From the NCBI GenBank assembly GCA_025210375.1, contig JAOASB010000016.1, forward strand, positions 32,498-96,497: a stretch of DNA of 64,000 nucleotides, given 5' to 3'. The stretch comes from Maledivibacter sp. Lineage in GTDB: Bacteria > Bacillota > Clostridia > Peptostreptococcales > Caminicellaceae. The position numbers and the translations under genes were made by a program. Below the pieces are notes generated by a model. The model saw nothing but the letters and a program-made list of their open reading frames with translations, was not told the DNA's origin and made no database searches. Every line of letters begins with the position of its first letter. The stretch's first letter is position 1. Positions 29,005-37,556 of this stretch are shown one piece after another.

Positions 29005-29080
29005 TCATTAAAGGACAATGAACCTGTCCCTGCGTACTTTTATCATTAAAGGACAACGAACCTGTCCCTGCGTACTTTTT
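29005..29080 (+). repeat. Two tandem REP-like units (38-bp period) upstream of the RAYT-like gene
   Basis: tcattaaaggacaatgaacctgtccctgcgtactttta followed by tcattaaaggacaacgaacctgtccctgcgtacttttt. Each contains a GGACA/TGTCC 5-bp stem. Confidence 0.85.
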
Positions 29081-29109
29081 TTCTTAACCCTTACCTTAAC
29101 TCCTTCTTA

Positions 29110-29280
29110 TTACTCCCCTAATTTCTTTTTTTGCTCTATTATAATATAATCATCAAGTTCTTGACTTATTTTTACTACCTCTGTAGTATTACCTCGTTCA
29201 ACATATATTTTGTTTAAGGCTAATCTTAGGGCTTCCATTCTCTCCTTTATATATCTTTGATTATTCTTTGATTTTTTCAC
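29110..29280 (-). CDS. Spo0E-family small protein (56 aa from the GTG; 42 aa if the internal ATG is used), not in the ORF track
   Basis: Own translation: (V)KKSKNNQRYIKERMEALRLALNKIYVERGNTTEVVKISQELDDYIIIEQKKKLGE. It carries the canonical ISQELDxYI Spo0E motif. Confidence 0.6.
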   Translation of the reverse strand: MKKSKNNQRYIKERMEALRLALNKIYVERGNTTEVVKISQELDDYIIIEQKKKLGE

Positions 29281-29419
29281 TTTAATTACCCTTTCTTAAA
29301 ATATATTTTTGAATTTTTAGAACTATAAACTCCTTTTTAATATGTGTTCAATAGAATATTTTTGTTTATATCTAAATAAGCATGCTATATGAATTATATG
29401 TTAAATATTAACACGTAAC

Positions 29420-29458
29420 ACGAACTATAGTCAATATAAATTACGTACTATAGGTCGT
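29420..29458. promoter_or_regulatory. Imperfect inverted repeat ACGAACTATAG-N17-CTATAGGTCGT between the divergent Spo0E-like and XRE genes
   Basis: Read directly, 10/11 complementary. It lies 49 bp upstream of the XRE gene start. Confidence 0.3.
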
Positions 29459-29506
29459 TAATTTTTATTCTCTTTAAATGTAAAGTTAACTTAAGGGAGT
29501 GATTGG

Positions 29507-29833
29507 ATGTATAATAGTATTTTAGGAAAAAGAATTCGTGAAGAACGTTTAAAAATAGGATTGACTCAAGAAAAGCTTGCGGAATTTGCAGAAGTATCAC
29601 CTGCCTATATGGGTCGCATAGAACGTGGAGAAAGAAATATTACTGTGAAAACCCTTATTAGGATAGCTAATGCTCTGGGTACATCAATTGACTATTTGTT
29701 GAAGGATGCTTTTGAGATAGAAGATGATACCTTAGTAAAGCAGTGGTTACAATTAACAGCAAATAGAACGGATAAAGAAAAGCAAATGGCCATTGATGTG
29801 ATCAAGGTTATGTTTGGTCATTTAGATTCTTAA
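29507..29833 (+). CDS. XRE-family helix-turn-helix transcriptional regulator
   Basis: 108 aa. LGKRIREERLKIGLTQEKLAEFAEVSPAYMGRIERGERNITVKTLIRIANALG is a typical HTH_3 pattern. Confidence 0.85.
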   Translation: MYNSILGKRIREERLKIGLTQEKLAEFAEVSPAYMGRIERGERNITVKTLIRIANALGTSIDYLLKDAFEIEDDTLVKQWLQLTANRTDKEKQMAIDVIKVMFGHLDS

Positions 29834-29889
29834 ATTATTGAATATTCCTTTGCATATCCTACAATCTCAAATAAAATAATTTTTAAAAA

Positions 29890-29930
29890 GGGCATTACAC
29901 TATGTTTTCAATAGGCGTAATGCTCCTTTT
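29890..29930 (+). terminator. Rho-independent terminator after the XRE gene
   Basis: GGGCATTAC...GTAATGCTC stem (one G-U pair) followed by CTTTT. Confidence 0.55.
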
Positions 29931-30188
29931 AATTAGTTTGAATAATTACTACAAACAATTTTTTTCTACTAGTTTTATATAATTGTAAAATTATCAGTGC
30001 TTGACTCCTTTTTCTATATCATATTCTTCACCCTCAGTTCCATTATTTTACTTTCAAAACTAACCTAGGAGATATACCCACTTGACTGTTTATTCTATGT
30101 TTGATTTAATAGTTTAGTATGACTATATTGTACAAGAGAAAAGATGCCCACAATACATACATTAAATCAATTCATAGAATACCTTAAG

Positions 30189-30274
30189 CTATAGAGAGTT
30201 TAGGGTAAATCTTAATTTATGCATATCAAAATTTTTGATGTGTATAAATTAAAGTTTTGACTGAAATCCCTATA
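30189..30274. repeat. Family-2 repeat, medium derivative (about 86 bp)
   Basis: ctatagagagtttagggtaaatcttaatttatgcatatcaaaatttttgatgtgtataaattaaagttttgactgaaatccctata. Confidence 0.75.
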
Positions 30275-30354
30275 ACAGTGCCAGAATAAAAAGTAAGTTT
30301 ATTTTAAAGAGTATAAGGAAAAATATATAAATAATAGCATAGGAGGTTTTCACA

Positions 30355-31905
30355 ATGGATAATAGGCAAAAGATTGATGATTTGCTAAAAAGAAAAGAAA
30401 AAATTCAAGCTGGTGGTGGAGAGAAAAGAATCAAGAGCCAACATGAAAAAGGAAAGCTAACAGCTAGAGAAAGATTAAATTTATTATTTGATGAAGGTAC
30501 CTTTGAAGAAATAGATGGCTTTGTAAAGCATAGATGCACTAATTTTGGAATGGAAAATTTAGATGCTCCAGGAGAAGGGGTTGTTACGGGTCACGGTTTA
30601 GTAAATGGAAGACTTGTATATGCTTATGCCCAGGATTTCACTGTGGTTGGTGGTTCATTAGGAGAGATGCACGCTGCAAAGATATGTAAAGTTTTAGATG
30701 GTGCTGTAAAGGCAGGGGCTCCAGTAGTAGGAATGAATGATTCTGGGGGAGCTAGGATTCAGGAAGGTGTAGATGCTCTTTCTGGGTTTGCAAAAATATT
30801 TTACAGAAACACAAAAGCGTCGGGTTTCATTCCTCAGATATCAGTAATTATGGGCCCATGTGCTGGTGGTGCAGTATATTCTCCCGCATTAACGGATTTT
30901 ATCTATATGGTTAATCAAACCAGTCAAATGTTTATAACTGGCCCTCAAGTAATTAAAACGGTTACTGGTGAAGAGGTTTCGTCAGAGGAATTAGGTGGAG
31001 CTATGACTCACAATTCAACAAGTGGCGTTGCTCATTTTGTAGCCCCAAATGATGAAGAGTGTATTGAACAGATAAGAATGTTACTAAGCTTCTTACCTTC
31101 AAATAATAAGGAGAAACCTCCCGTTTATTTAGCTAAAGACGCTGTAGATAAGATAATTCCTGAGCTAGATAGTGTATTACCTAATAGCCCTAAGAAACCT
31201 TACAATGTTTTAAATGTGATTGAAAAAATAGTTGATGATGGTCATTATTATGAGGTTCAACCACATTATGCTCAGAATATGGTTACTTGTTTTGCTAGAA
31301 TTAATGGAAGTACGGTGGGTATTGTAGCTAATCAGCCAGCAGTACTGGCCGGATGCCTAGATATAAATGCATCTGATAAGGCCGGAAGATTTATCAGATC
31401 TTGTGATGCCTTTAATATTCCATTATTAACGATAGTAGATGTTCCAGGGTTCTTGCCTGGAACTAATCAAGAATATGGTGGGATTATTAGACACGGAGCA
31501 AAAATGCTTTATGCATATAGTGAAGCCACAGTCCCAAAGGTTACATTAGTAACAAGAAAAGCATATGGTGGAGCTTATATTGCTATGTGTTGTAAAGAGT
31601 TAGGGGCGGATTTTGTATATGCATGGCCTAGTGCTGAAATAGCAGTTATGGGGCCTCAGGGGGCTGCAAACATAATATTTAGAAAAGATATAGCCAATGC
31701 CGAGGATGGAGAAAAGCAAAGAGAGAAAAAAATAGCAGAATATACTGAGGAATTTGCCACTCCATATAAGGCGGCAGAAAGAGGCTATGTAGATGATGTA
31801 ATAGAGCCAAGTGAGACAAGAAAGAAGATTATAAAGGCGTTTAATAGACTATCTTCAAAGGAAGAGTATGGATTAGATAAAAAACATGGAAACATCCCTC
31901 TATAA
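30355..31905 (+). CDS. Acyl-CoA carboxyltransferase (methylmalonyl-CoA decarboxylase alpha / propionyl-CoA carboxylase beta / transcarboxylase 12S family)
   Basis: 516 aa. Contains GKLTARERL, FTVVGGSLGEMHAAKI, DSGGARIQEG and GGAYIAM motifs of the carboxyl_trans family. GGAGG RBS. Confidence 0.9.
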   Translation: MDNRQKIDDLLKRKEKIQAGGGEKRIKSQHEKGKLTARERLNLLFDEGTFEEIDGFVKHRCTNFGMENLDAPGEGVVTGHGLVNGRLVYAYAQDFTVVGGSLGEMHAAKICKVLDGAVKAGAPVVGMNDSGGARIQEGVDALSGFAKIFYRNTKASGFIPQISVIMGPCAGGAVYSPALTDFIYMVNQTSQMFITGPQVIKTVTGEEVSSEELGGAMTHNSTSGVAHFVAPNDEECIEQIRMLLSFLPSNNKEKPPVYLAKDAVDKIIPELDSVLPNSPKKPYNVLNVIEKIVDDGHYYEVQPHYAQNMVTCFARINGSTVGIVANQPAVLAGCLDINASDKAGRFIRSCDAFNIPLLTIVDVPGFLPGTNQEYGGIIRHGAKMLYAYSEATVPKVTLVTRKAYGGAYIAMCCKELGADFVYAWPSAEIAVMGPQGAANIIFRKDIANAEDGEKQREKKIAEYTEEFATPYKAAERGYVDDVIEPSETRKKIIKAFNRLSSKEEYGLDKKHGNIPL

Positions 31906-31931
31906 AACAAATACTAAAAAGAGGTGGATAT

Positions 31932-32468
31932 ATGAATGATCTAGTTGCATTAGAGAAAAACTTAGAAGAATTAATAGCGGTGATTAACTCAGTCGTGGCT
32001 ATGAGTTTGAAAACTTCTTTAGATAAGATTAGAGTGAAAAGCATTAAATGTGAGAGAAATAAAAATATAAATTGGGAAAGTCCATTCCAGGAGGGAAGCT
32101 GTGTGGAAAAGTTTAAGGTAACAATCAGCGGTAATACATATGAAGTGGAAGTTGAAAGACTTACTGACGATTCTAGGAATGGTCAAAGCAAAGAGCCTCT
32201 TAAAGCTCCACCAAAACCAGTAAAGATAACAAAAACAAATACTATACCGCCAGGAGGAGGGGTCATTTCTGCTCCAATGCCAGGTACGGTTTTAGATGTT
32301 AGAGTTAGTAAAGGAGATAATGTGGAAGCCGGTCAAATTATACTAATTCTTGAAGCCATGAAGATGGAAAATGAGATCATGGCTCCAGCCAGGGGAACTA
32401 TAACCTCTGTTCATGTAGGAAATGGCGATTCTGTAAGTGCAGGAGAGATAATGGTTAAAATAGGGTAA
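31932..32468 (+). CDS. Biotin carboxyl carrier protein (biotinyl domain, EAMKMEN) with an N-terminal extension of about 65 residues
   Basis: 178 aa. The C-terminal APMPGTVLDV...LILEAMKMENEIMAP carries the biotinylation motif. A strong GAGGTGG RBS at the first ATG supports the long form. Confidence 0.85.
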   Translation: MNDLVALEKNLEELIAVINSVVAMSLKTSLDKIRVKSIKCERNKNINWESPFQEGSCVEKFKVTISGNTYEVEVERLTDDSRNGQSKEPLKAPPKPVKITKTNTIPPGGGVISAPMPGTVLDVRVSKGDNVEAGQIILILEAMKMENEIMAPARGTITSVHVGNGDSVSAGEIMVKIG

Positions 32469-32556
32469 AAAGGTGAATACCTATTATCAACCTTCCCCAT
32501 ATAAGAAGCTACTTAATTCAGCTTTAACATATAACCAAATACTATATTTACATTCT

Positions 32557-32599
32557 AAAAAAGCTACAAGTCCTTTATTACTTACTTGTAGCTTTTTTC
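32557..32599. terminator. Bidirectional rho-independent terminator between convergent genes
   Basis: AAAAAAGCTACAAGT-cctttattactt-ACTTGTAGCTTTTTT. Confidence 0.8.
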
Positions 32600-32725
32600 T
32601 TATGTTTTGAGTATTCACTATAAAAGTATATTTCAGTCCTACCTTTACAAACACAATATAATTGTGAGCCAACCACCTTATATTATTATATATCTCCTTT
32701 TAACTTCAGCTGATCTTCTTTCGTG

Positions 32726-34135
32726 TCAAACAAAACATCCCCTTGCCACGGGGAGATGTATGGATGAATTGTGAACGGCGTGGGCTGCTTCATGGAATGC
32801 TTCTCCTATGGTAGGGTGGGCATGGATAGTTGTAATAATCTCTTCCACTGTGGCCTCTAATCTAAGGGCCAACCCTCCTTCCATAATAAGATCAGTTGCC
32901 CTTGGCCCCGCCATATGTATCCCAAGTATTTCATCAGTATTGGCATCTACTACAAACTTCACAATCCCATTTGTCTCACCCATAATCAAGGATTTACCAT
33001 TTGCAAATAGTGGAAAGCTTCCAATTTTAACTTCATATCCTTGATTTTTTGCTTCCCTTTCTGTTAGACCTACAGATGCTAATTCAGGCTTAGTATAAAC
33101 AGCGGAGGGCGTGGTTTTAAAGTCAATTTTAGATGCTCTCCCCATGATATTTTCTGCTGCTGCTATACCTTCTGCGGATGCAACATGGGCAAGAAGCACT
33201 CCACCATTACAATCCCCGATGGCATAAATATTTTTCACATTAGTTTCCATGGTTCTCCTGTCAACTACAATGGCACCTTTATCAACTTTTACTCCAATCT
33301 CCTCAAGTCCTAGATTTTTCGTAACTGGTTTTCTTCCCACTGCCAATAAAACCTTTTCCACTACAAATGATTGTTTGCTCTCTCCAGATCTGGTATCAAC
33401 AACTAATTTTTCATTATTTTCTTGAATACAAACTACCCTTGTTTTTGTATATATATCTGCACCTAATTGAATTAGCTGATTTTTCAAGATACCTACAATG
33501 TCATCATCCATTGTAGGTAAAATTTCTGGAAGCATTTCAATAATTGTAACCTTTGTGCCTAGGGAAGAATATATACTAGCAAATTCGCTTCCAATTACTC
33601 CTCCACCTATTATACACATGCTTTCTGGTATTTCCTTCAAAGATAAAGCTTCATTGCTTGTAATAACTTCATCTAGCTCAGCCCCTTCTAAAGGAATTCT
33701 TATAGTCTCTGATCCAGTAGCAATTACTGCTTTATCAAATTTAATAATTTCTTTTTTCCCATTAGGTAAGGTAACTCTAATCTCATTATCACTTATAAAC
33801 TTTCCTTCTCCACTTATTTTTAAAATATTATTAGATTTCAAAAGGTTTTCTATACCACTTACTAATTGATCCACCACCGATTCTTTCCTCTCTTGAAGCA
33901 CAGTCCAATCTATATCAAGGTTATCTACTTTTATACCGAGTTTTTTAGATTCTTCCTTTATTGTCCTATATAATTCAGTAGTATGAAGAAGTACCTTCGT
34001 TGGAATACATCCAACATTAAGGCATGTGCCTCCCATCCGTTCCTTTTCTATAATCGCGACATCCGCTCCAAGCTGTGCTACTCTAATAGCACATACATAT
34101 CCTCCAGGTCCACCCCCAAGAATAACTACTTTCAT
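32726..34135 (-). CDS. acoL: Dihydrolipoyl dehydrogenase (E3)
   Basis: 469 aa with VVILGGGPGGYVCAIR and the redox-active GGTCLNVGCIPTK. The symbol is inferred from operon context. Confidence 0.92.
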   Translation of the reverse strand: MKVVILGGGPGGYVCAIRVAQLGADVAIIEKERMGGTCLNVGCIPTKVLLHTTELYRTIKEESKKLGIKVDNLDIDWTVLQERKESVVDQLVSGIENLLKSNNILKISGEGKFISDNEIRVTLPNGKKEIIKFDKAVIATGSETIRIPLEGAELDEVITSNEALSLKEIPESMCIIGGGVIGSEFASIYSSLGTKVTIIEMLPEILPTMDDDIVGILKNQLIQLGADIYTKTRVVCIQENNEKLVVDTRSGESKQSFVVEKVLLAVGRKPVTKNLGLEEIGVKVDKGAIVVDRRTMETNVKNIYAIGDCNGGVLLAHVASAEGIAAAENIMGRASKIDFKTTPSAVYTKPELASVGLTEREAKNQGYEVKIGSFPLFANGKSLIMGETNGIVKFVVDANTDEILGIHMAGPRATDLIMEGGLALRLEATVEEIITTIHAHPTIGEAFHEAAHAVHNSSIHLPVARGCFV

Positions 34136-34152
34136 ATGTCTAGGCTCCCTTC

Positions 34153-35433
34153 CTATAGTATTAGCATTTCTGGCTTATCAATATATTGTTTGATTTTATA
34201 GAGGAACTGAGCGGCAACTGCTCCATCCACCGCCCTATGGTCTGCTGTAAGAGATAATTTCATGAATGGTTTGTTTATCACATTTCCATTTTCTAGTACT
34301 GGTGTTTCTACTATTGTATTAACTCCAAGTATTGCTACTTCTGGTTGATTTATGATTGGTGAGAAGGAATCTATTCCATACATTCCAAGGTTAGTAATAG
34401 TAAAGGTTCCTTCAGTTAAATCTTCCGTAGAGAGTTCATTATTTTTCGCTTTAAAAGCAAGGTCTTTAATCTCAGTGGAAATTTCTTTTAACCCTTTAGT
34501 ATTTGCATATTTTACTACGGGCACTACAAGTCCATCATATATTGCAACTGCTACACCAATATTCGTATAATTTCTATATATAAGTTCTTCTCCATCTATT
34601 GAACAATTTAATAAAGGAAACTCTAGAAGAATTCTTGAAAGTATCTTAACCAAAAGATCCGTATATGTTACTTTATAAATATCCTTTAGTTTGTTCTTTA
34701 ATCCTCTTAGATTAGTAACATCTACTTTTATATCATAGGTAACAGCAGGGGAAACCCTCCAGCTATGTGACATCCTTTGGGCTATAACTTTCCTCATTTG
34801 AGTCATAGGGACTCTTTCATCAATGGGGTTAGCAGCTTCAAGTATCCTACGCTTTTTATTAAATTCGAGTATATCCTGCTTCATTATTCTTCCATCCTTA
34901 TTGATATCTGAGAGTTTAACATTCAACTTAATGGCAGCTTTCTCTGCCATTGGAGATGACTTAACTTTGCCCTTGGCTTTGATATATTTTTCAACATCAT
35001 TCTTTGTTATTCTTCCATTAGGGCCAGTTCCAACAACCTCGGCAATATCAATTCCATTTTCTTGTGCTAGTTTCTTTGCTATTGGTGAAGCCTTTACCCT
35101 CTTCGATTCATTTACTTTTTTCTCTATTTCTTGCTTATCACTCATAATTTTAACACTATATTCTTTGTCAGCCTTTACAGTTGACTGATTTGATATTATT
35201 TCTAATTCAGCTATTGTAAAGCCAACGGGTACAATCTCTCCTTCTCGTATAAATAATTCCTTTAATCTCCCCTTTTGTGGGGATGTAACTTCATAGTTTA
35301 ATTTTCCCACTACTAATTCTGCAATAGTTTCATCCTTTTCTATATTTTCACCGCAGCCCTTGAGGATTTTTACAACTACACCTTCTTCCATTTCCGAATT
35401 AAACTTAGGAATTCTGATTTCTATCTTAGCCAT
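34153..35433 (-). CDS. acoC: Dihydrolipoamide acyltransferase (E2): lipoyl domain, two E3-binding domains, catalytic DHRAVDG
   Basis: The ORF-track start at 35442 is a GTG. The ATG at 35433 gives MAKIEIRIPKF. Two PSBD-like segments (SPIAKKLAQENGID, SPMAEKAAIKLNV) are present. Confidence 0.9.
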   Translation of the reverse strand: MAKIEIRIPKFNSEMEEGVVVKILKGCGENIEKDETIAELVVGKLNYEVTSPQKGRLKELFIREGEIVPVGFTIAELEIISNQSTVKADKEYSVKIMSDKQEIEKKVNESKRVKASPIAKKLAQENGIDIAEVVGTGPNGRITKNDVEKYIKAKGKVKSSPMAEKAAIKLNVKLSDINKDGRIMKQDILEFNKKRRILEAANPIDERVPMTQMRKVIAQRMSHSWRVSPAVTYDIKVDVTNLRGLKNKLKDIYKVTYTDLLVKILSRILLEFPLLNCSIDGEELIYRNYTNIGVAVAIYDGLVVPVVKYANTKGLKEISTEIKDLAFKAKNNELSTEDLTEGTFTITNLGMYGIDSFSPIINQPEVAILGVNTIVETPVLENGNVINKPFMKLSLTADHRAVDGAVAAQFLYKIKQYIDKPEMLIL

Positions 35434-35454
35434 TGGAGGCACCTACCTTCATTT

Positions 35455-36456
35455 CTAGTCATTAATTACACCTTTTACAGCCTCTACAATTTTTCTTGCA
35501 TTTGGCAAAACATAGTCTTCCATGGGCTTACTAAATGGTATTGGTACATTAGGTACTGCAAGTCTTTTTATCGGTGCATCTAAATAATCTAGTGCCTCTT
35601 CAGCTACAACGGCAGCGATTTCACCACTCATACCATAACTGAGATAGTCCTCGTCAACAATAAGAAGCCTATTCGTCTTTTTAATCGATTCAATGATGGT
35701 CTCCTTATCTAGGGGTACAAGACATCTTATATCAATTACTTCTACATCAATCCCCTCTTTTTCAAGTATACTAGCTGCTTCTAATGCTCTATGAACCATG
35801 AGGGATGCTGTAACAATAGTTATATCTGAGCCTTTTCTTTTTATATCAGCCTTACCCAATGGAATATAGTACATTTCTTCGGGGACATATTCCTTATTCC
35901 CATAGGGTAACCAGTCCAAACCACATAATAGCTTATGCTCAAAAAACATTATGGGATCATCATCCTTTATTGAACTTAATAGTAGTCCCTTTGCATCATA
36001 TGCTGTGGATGGAACAACAATTTTTAATCCCGGTACATGGGCAAACAGTGAATAGAGTACTTGAGAATGTTGTGCGGCATCTCCATAACCTCCTCCAATG
36101 GCAGTTCTCAATACCACTGGCATCTTTAAGCTACCTCCTGACATATACGTATTTTTAGCTAAATGATTATATATCATATCCATTGCAACACCGAAAAAAT
36201 CTACAAACATAAGCTCAACTATTGGTCGCAGACCCTCTGCCGCTGCACCTACAGCTCCTCCTATAAAAGCCGATTCAGATATAGGTGTATCCAAAACTCT
36301 ACTTGGTCCAAATTTTTCATATAAACCTACATCTGTGCCAAATATTCCACCATATTTCCCCACATCTTCGCCCATCAAAAATATATTTTTATCCTTTTCC
36401 ATGGCCTGCATCATAGCTTCGCTTATGGCCTGGGCAAAGGTTAATTCTCTATTCAT
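35455..36456 (-). CDS. acoB: 2-oxoacid/acetoin dehydrogenase E1 component beta subunit
   Basis: 333 aa. The transketolase-like pyrimidine-binding region includes LMGEDVGKYGGIFG. Overlaps the E1 alpha gene by 4 nt. Confidence 0.9.
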   Translation of the reverse strand: MNRELTFAQAISEAMMQAMEKDKNIFLMGEDVGKYGGIFGTDVGLYEKFGPSRVLDTPISESAFIGGAVGAAAEGLRPIVELMFVDFFGVAMDMIYNHLAKNTYMSGGSLKMPVVLRTAIGGGYGDAAQHSQVLYSLFAHVPGLKIVVPSTAYDAKGLLLSSIKDDDPIMFFEHKLLCGLDWLPYGNKEYVPEEMYYIPLGKADIKRKGSDITIVTASLMVHRALEAASILEKEGIDVEVIDIRCLVPLDKETIIESIKKTNRLLIVDEDYLSYGMSGEIAAVVAEEALDYLDAPIKRLAVPNVPIPFSKPMEDYVLPNARKIVEAVKGVIND

Positions 36457-37439
36457 TCCCCCACACTCCCTTCCGTAAATACATTCTCTAATGCTTCCTC
36501 TGGTCTAGGCCAAGGTGATTTTTCTGCATATTCAAAGGCTTCTTGTATTTCCTGTTTAACTTCTTTATCAATCCTTGTAAAATTATCATCGGATATATTT
36601 CCCTTATTTTGTAAATATTTTTTAAATCTTTCAATCGGTTCATTCTTTAAAGCCTGCTGTTGTTCTTCTTCACTCTTATAAACTTCTGGGTCTCCTTCAA
36701 AATGACCCATCAATCTAAATGTTGTACACTCTATAAAGCTAGGTCCTTTCCCTGATCTTGCTCTTTCAACGGCTTCCTTAGCTGCATCATAAACCGCTAG
36801 TAGATCATTCCCGTCTACTAAGACTGCTGGGATTCCATATCCCTTTGCTCGCATAATATTATTGTCTGTACTGGTGGACTCACTTTTTCTAACGGAAATG
36901 CCAAATTCATTATCCTCACATACAAAGATAACCGGTAGCTTCCATAATGCAGCTAAATTCATGCTTTCATGAAACATCCCCTGATTGGCTGCACCATCAC
37001 CAAAAAATGCCACAGAAACATTGTCTTCGTCTTTATACTTTGATGCAAAGGCAGCTCCAAGGGCTGGAGGCATACTAGCACCTACAATACCACTACAGCT
37101 GAATTTAATAGACGTATCAAACAAATGCATATGTCCGCCTTTTCCTCTACATAATCCAGTGGAACGACCAAATAATTCTGCCACCATTTTTTTTAAGTCT
37201 ACACCCTTGGCAACTAGTTCCCCATGTGCCCTATGGGTAGAAGTAGCGGTATCAGTATCTCTTAATTGGGAGCATACTCCAACTGCAATTGCCTCTTGCC
37301 CACAGTACAGATGCATTTCACCGGGGATTCCTCCCTTAGCATAGGTTTCAGCAATTCGTTCTTCCAGCCTCCTTATTAACAGCATAGTCTTATACATATC
37401 AAGAAATTTTTTTTCGTCAACTGTTGTCAATAATATCAC
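36453..37439 (-). CDS. acoA: 2-oxoacid/acetoin dehydrogenase E1 component alpha subunit (TPP-binding)
   Basis: 328 aa with the TPP motif GDGAANQG...N. The start is uncertain: the GTG at 37439, or the TTG at 37430 with GGGGTGA upstream. Confidence 0.9.
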   Translation of the reverse strand: MILLTTVDEKKFLDMYKTMLLIRRLEERIAETYAKGGIPGEMHLYCGQEAIAVGVCSQLRDTDTATSTHRAHGELVAKGVDLKKMVAELFGRSTGLCRGKGGHMHLFDTSIKFSCSGIVGASMPPALGAAFASKYKDEDNVSVAFFGDGAANQGMFHESMNLAALWKLPVIFVCEDNEFGISVRKSESTSTDNNIMRAKGYGIPAVLVDGNDLLAVYDAAKEAVERARSGKGPSFIECTTFRLMGHFEGDPEVYKSEEEQQQALKNEPIERFKKYLQNKGNISDDNFTRIDKEVKQEIQEAFEYAEKSPWPRPEEALENVFTEGSVGE

Positions 37440-37467
37440 CCCTTATTCATATTTATAAATAACAGAT

Positions 37468-37485
37468 AACGCAATTACTATGCCA
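37468..37485 (-). promoter_or_regulatory. Sigma-54 (-24/-12) promoter of the aco-type operon
   Basis: The minus strand reads TGGCATAGTAATTGCG. GG and GC are spaced exactly as in the consensus TGGCAC-N5-TTGCW. It lies about 30 nt upstream of the E1 alpha start. Confidence 0.75.
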
Positions 37486-37511
37486 AAAAAAAATCAGGCA
37501 TAATCGCCTGT
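37486..37511 (-). terminator. Short terminator after the activator gene, directly abutting the sigma-54 promoter
   Basis: The minus strand reads CAGGC-gattat-GCCTG followed by ATTTTTTTT. Confidence 0.45.
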
Positions 37512-37556
37512 TTCACTAAACTTTGCTGATGATACGTAGCGTTTTAGAACGTTCCA

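Noticed and set aside
32487-32672. 61-aa minus-strand ORF between the biotin carrier and E3 genes
   Set aside because: It spans the bidirectional terminator hairpin at 32557..32599. No RBS and no motif.
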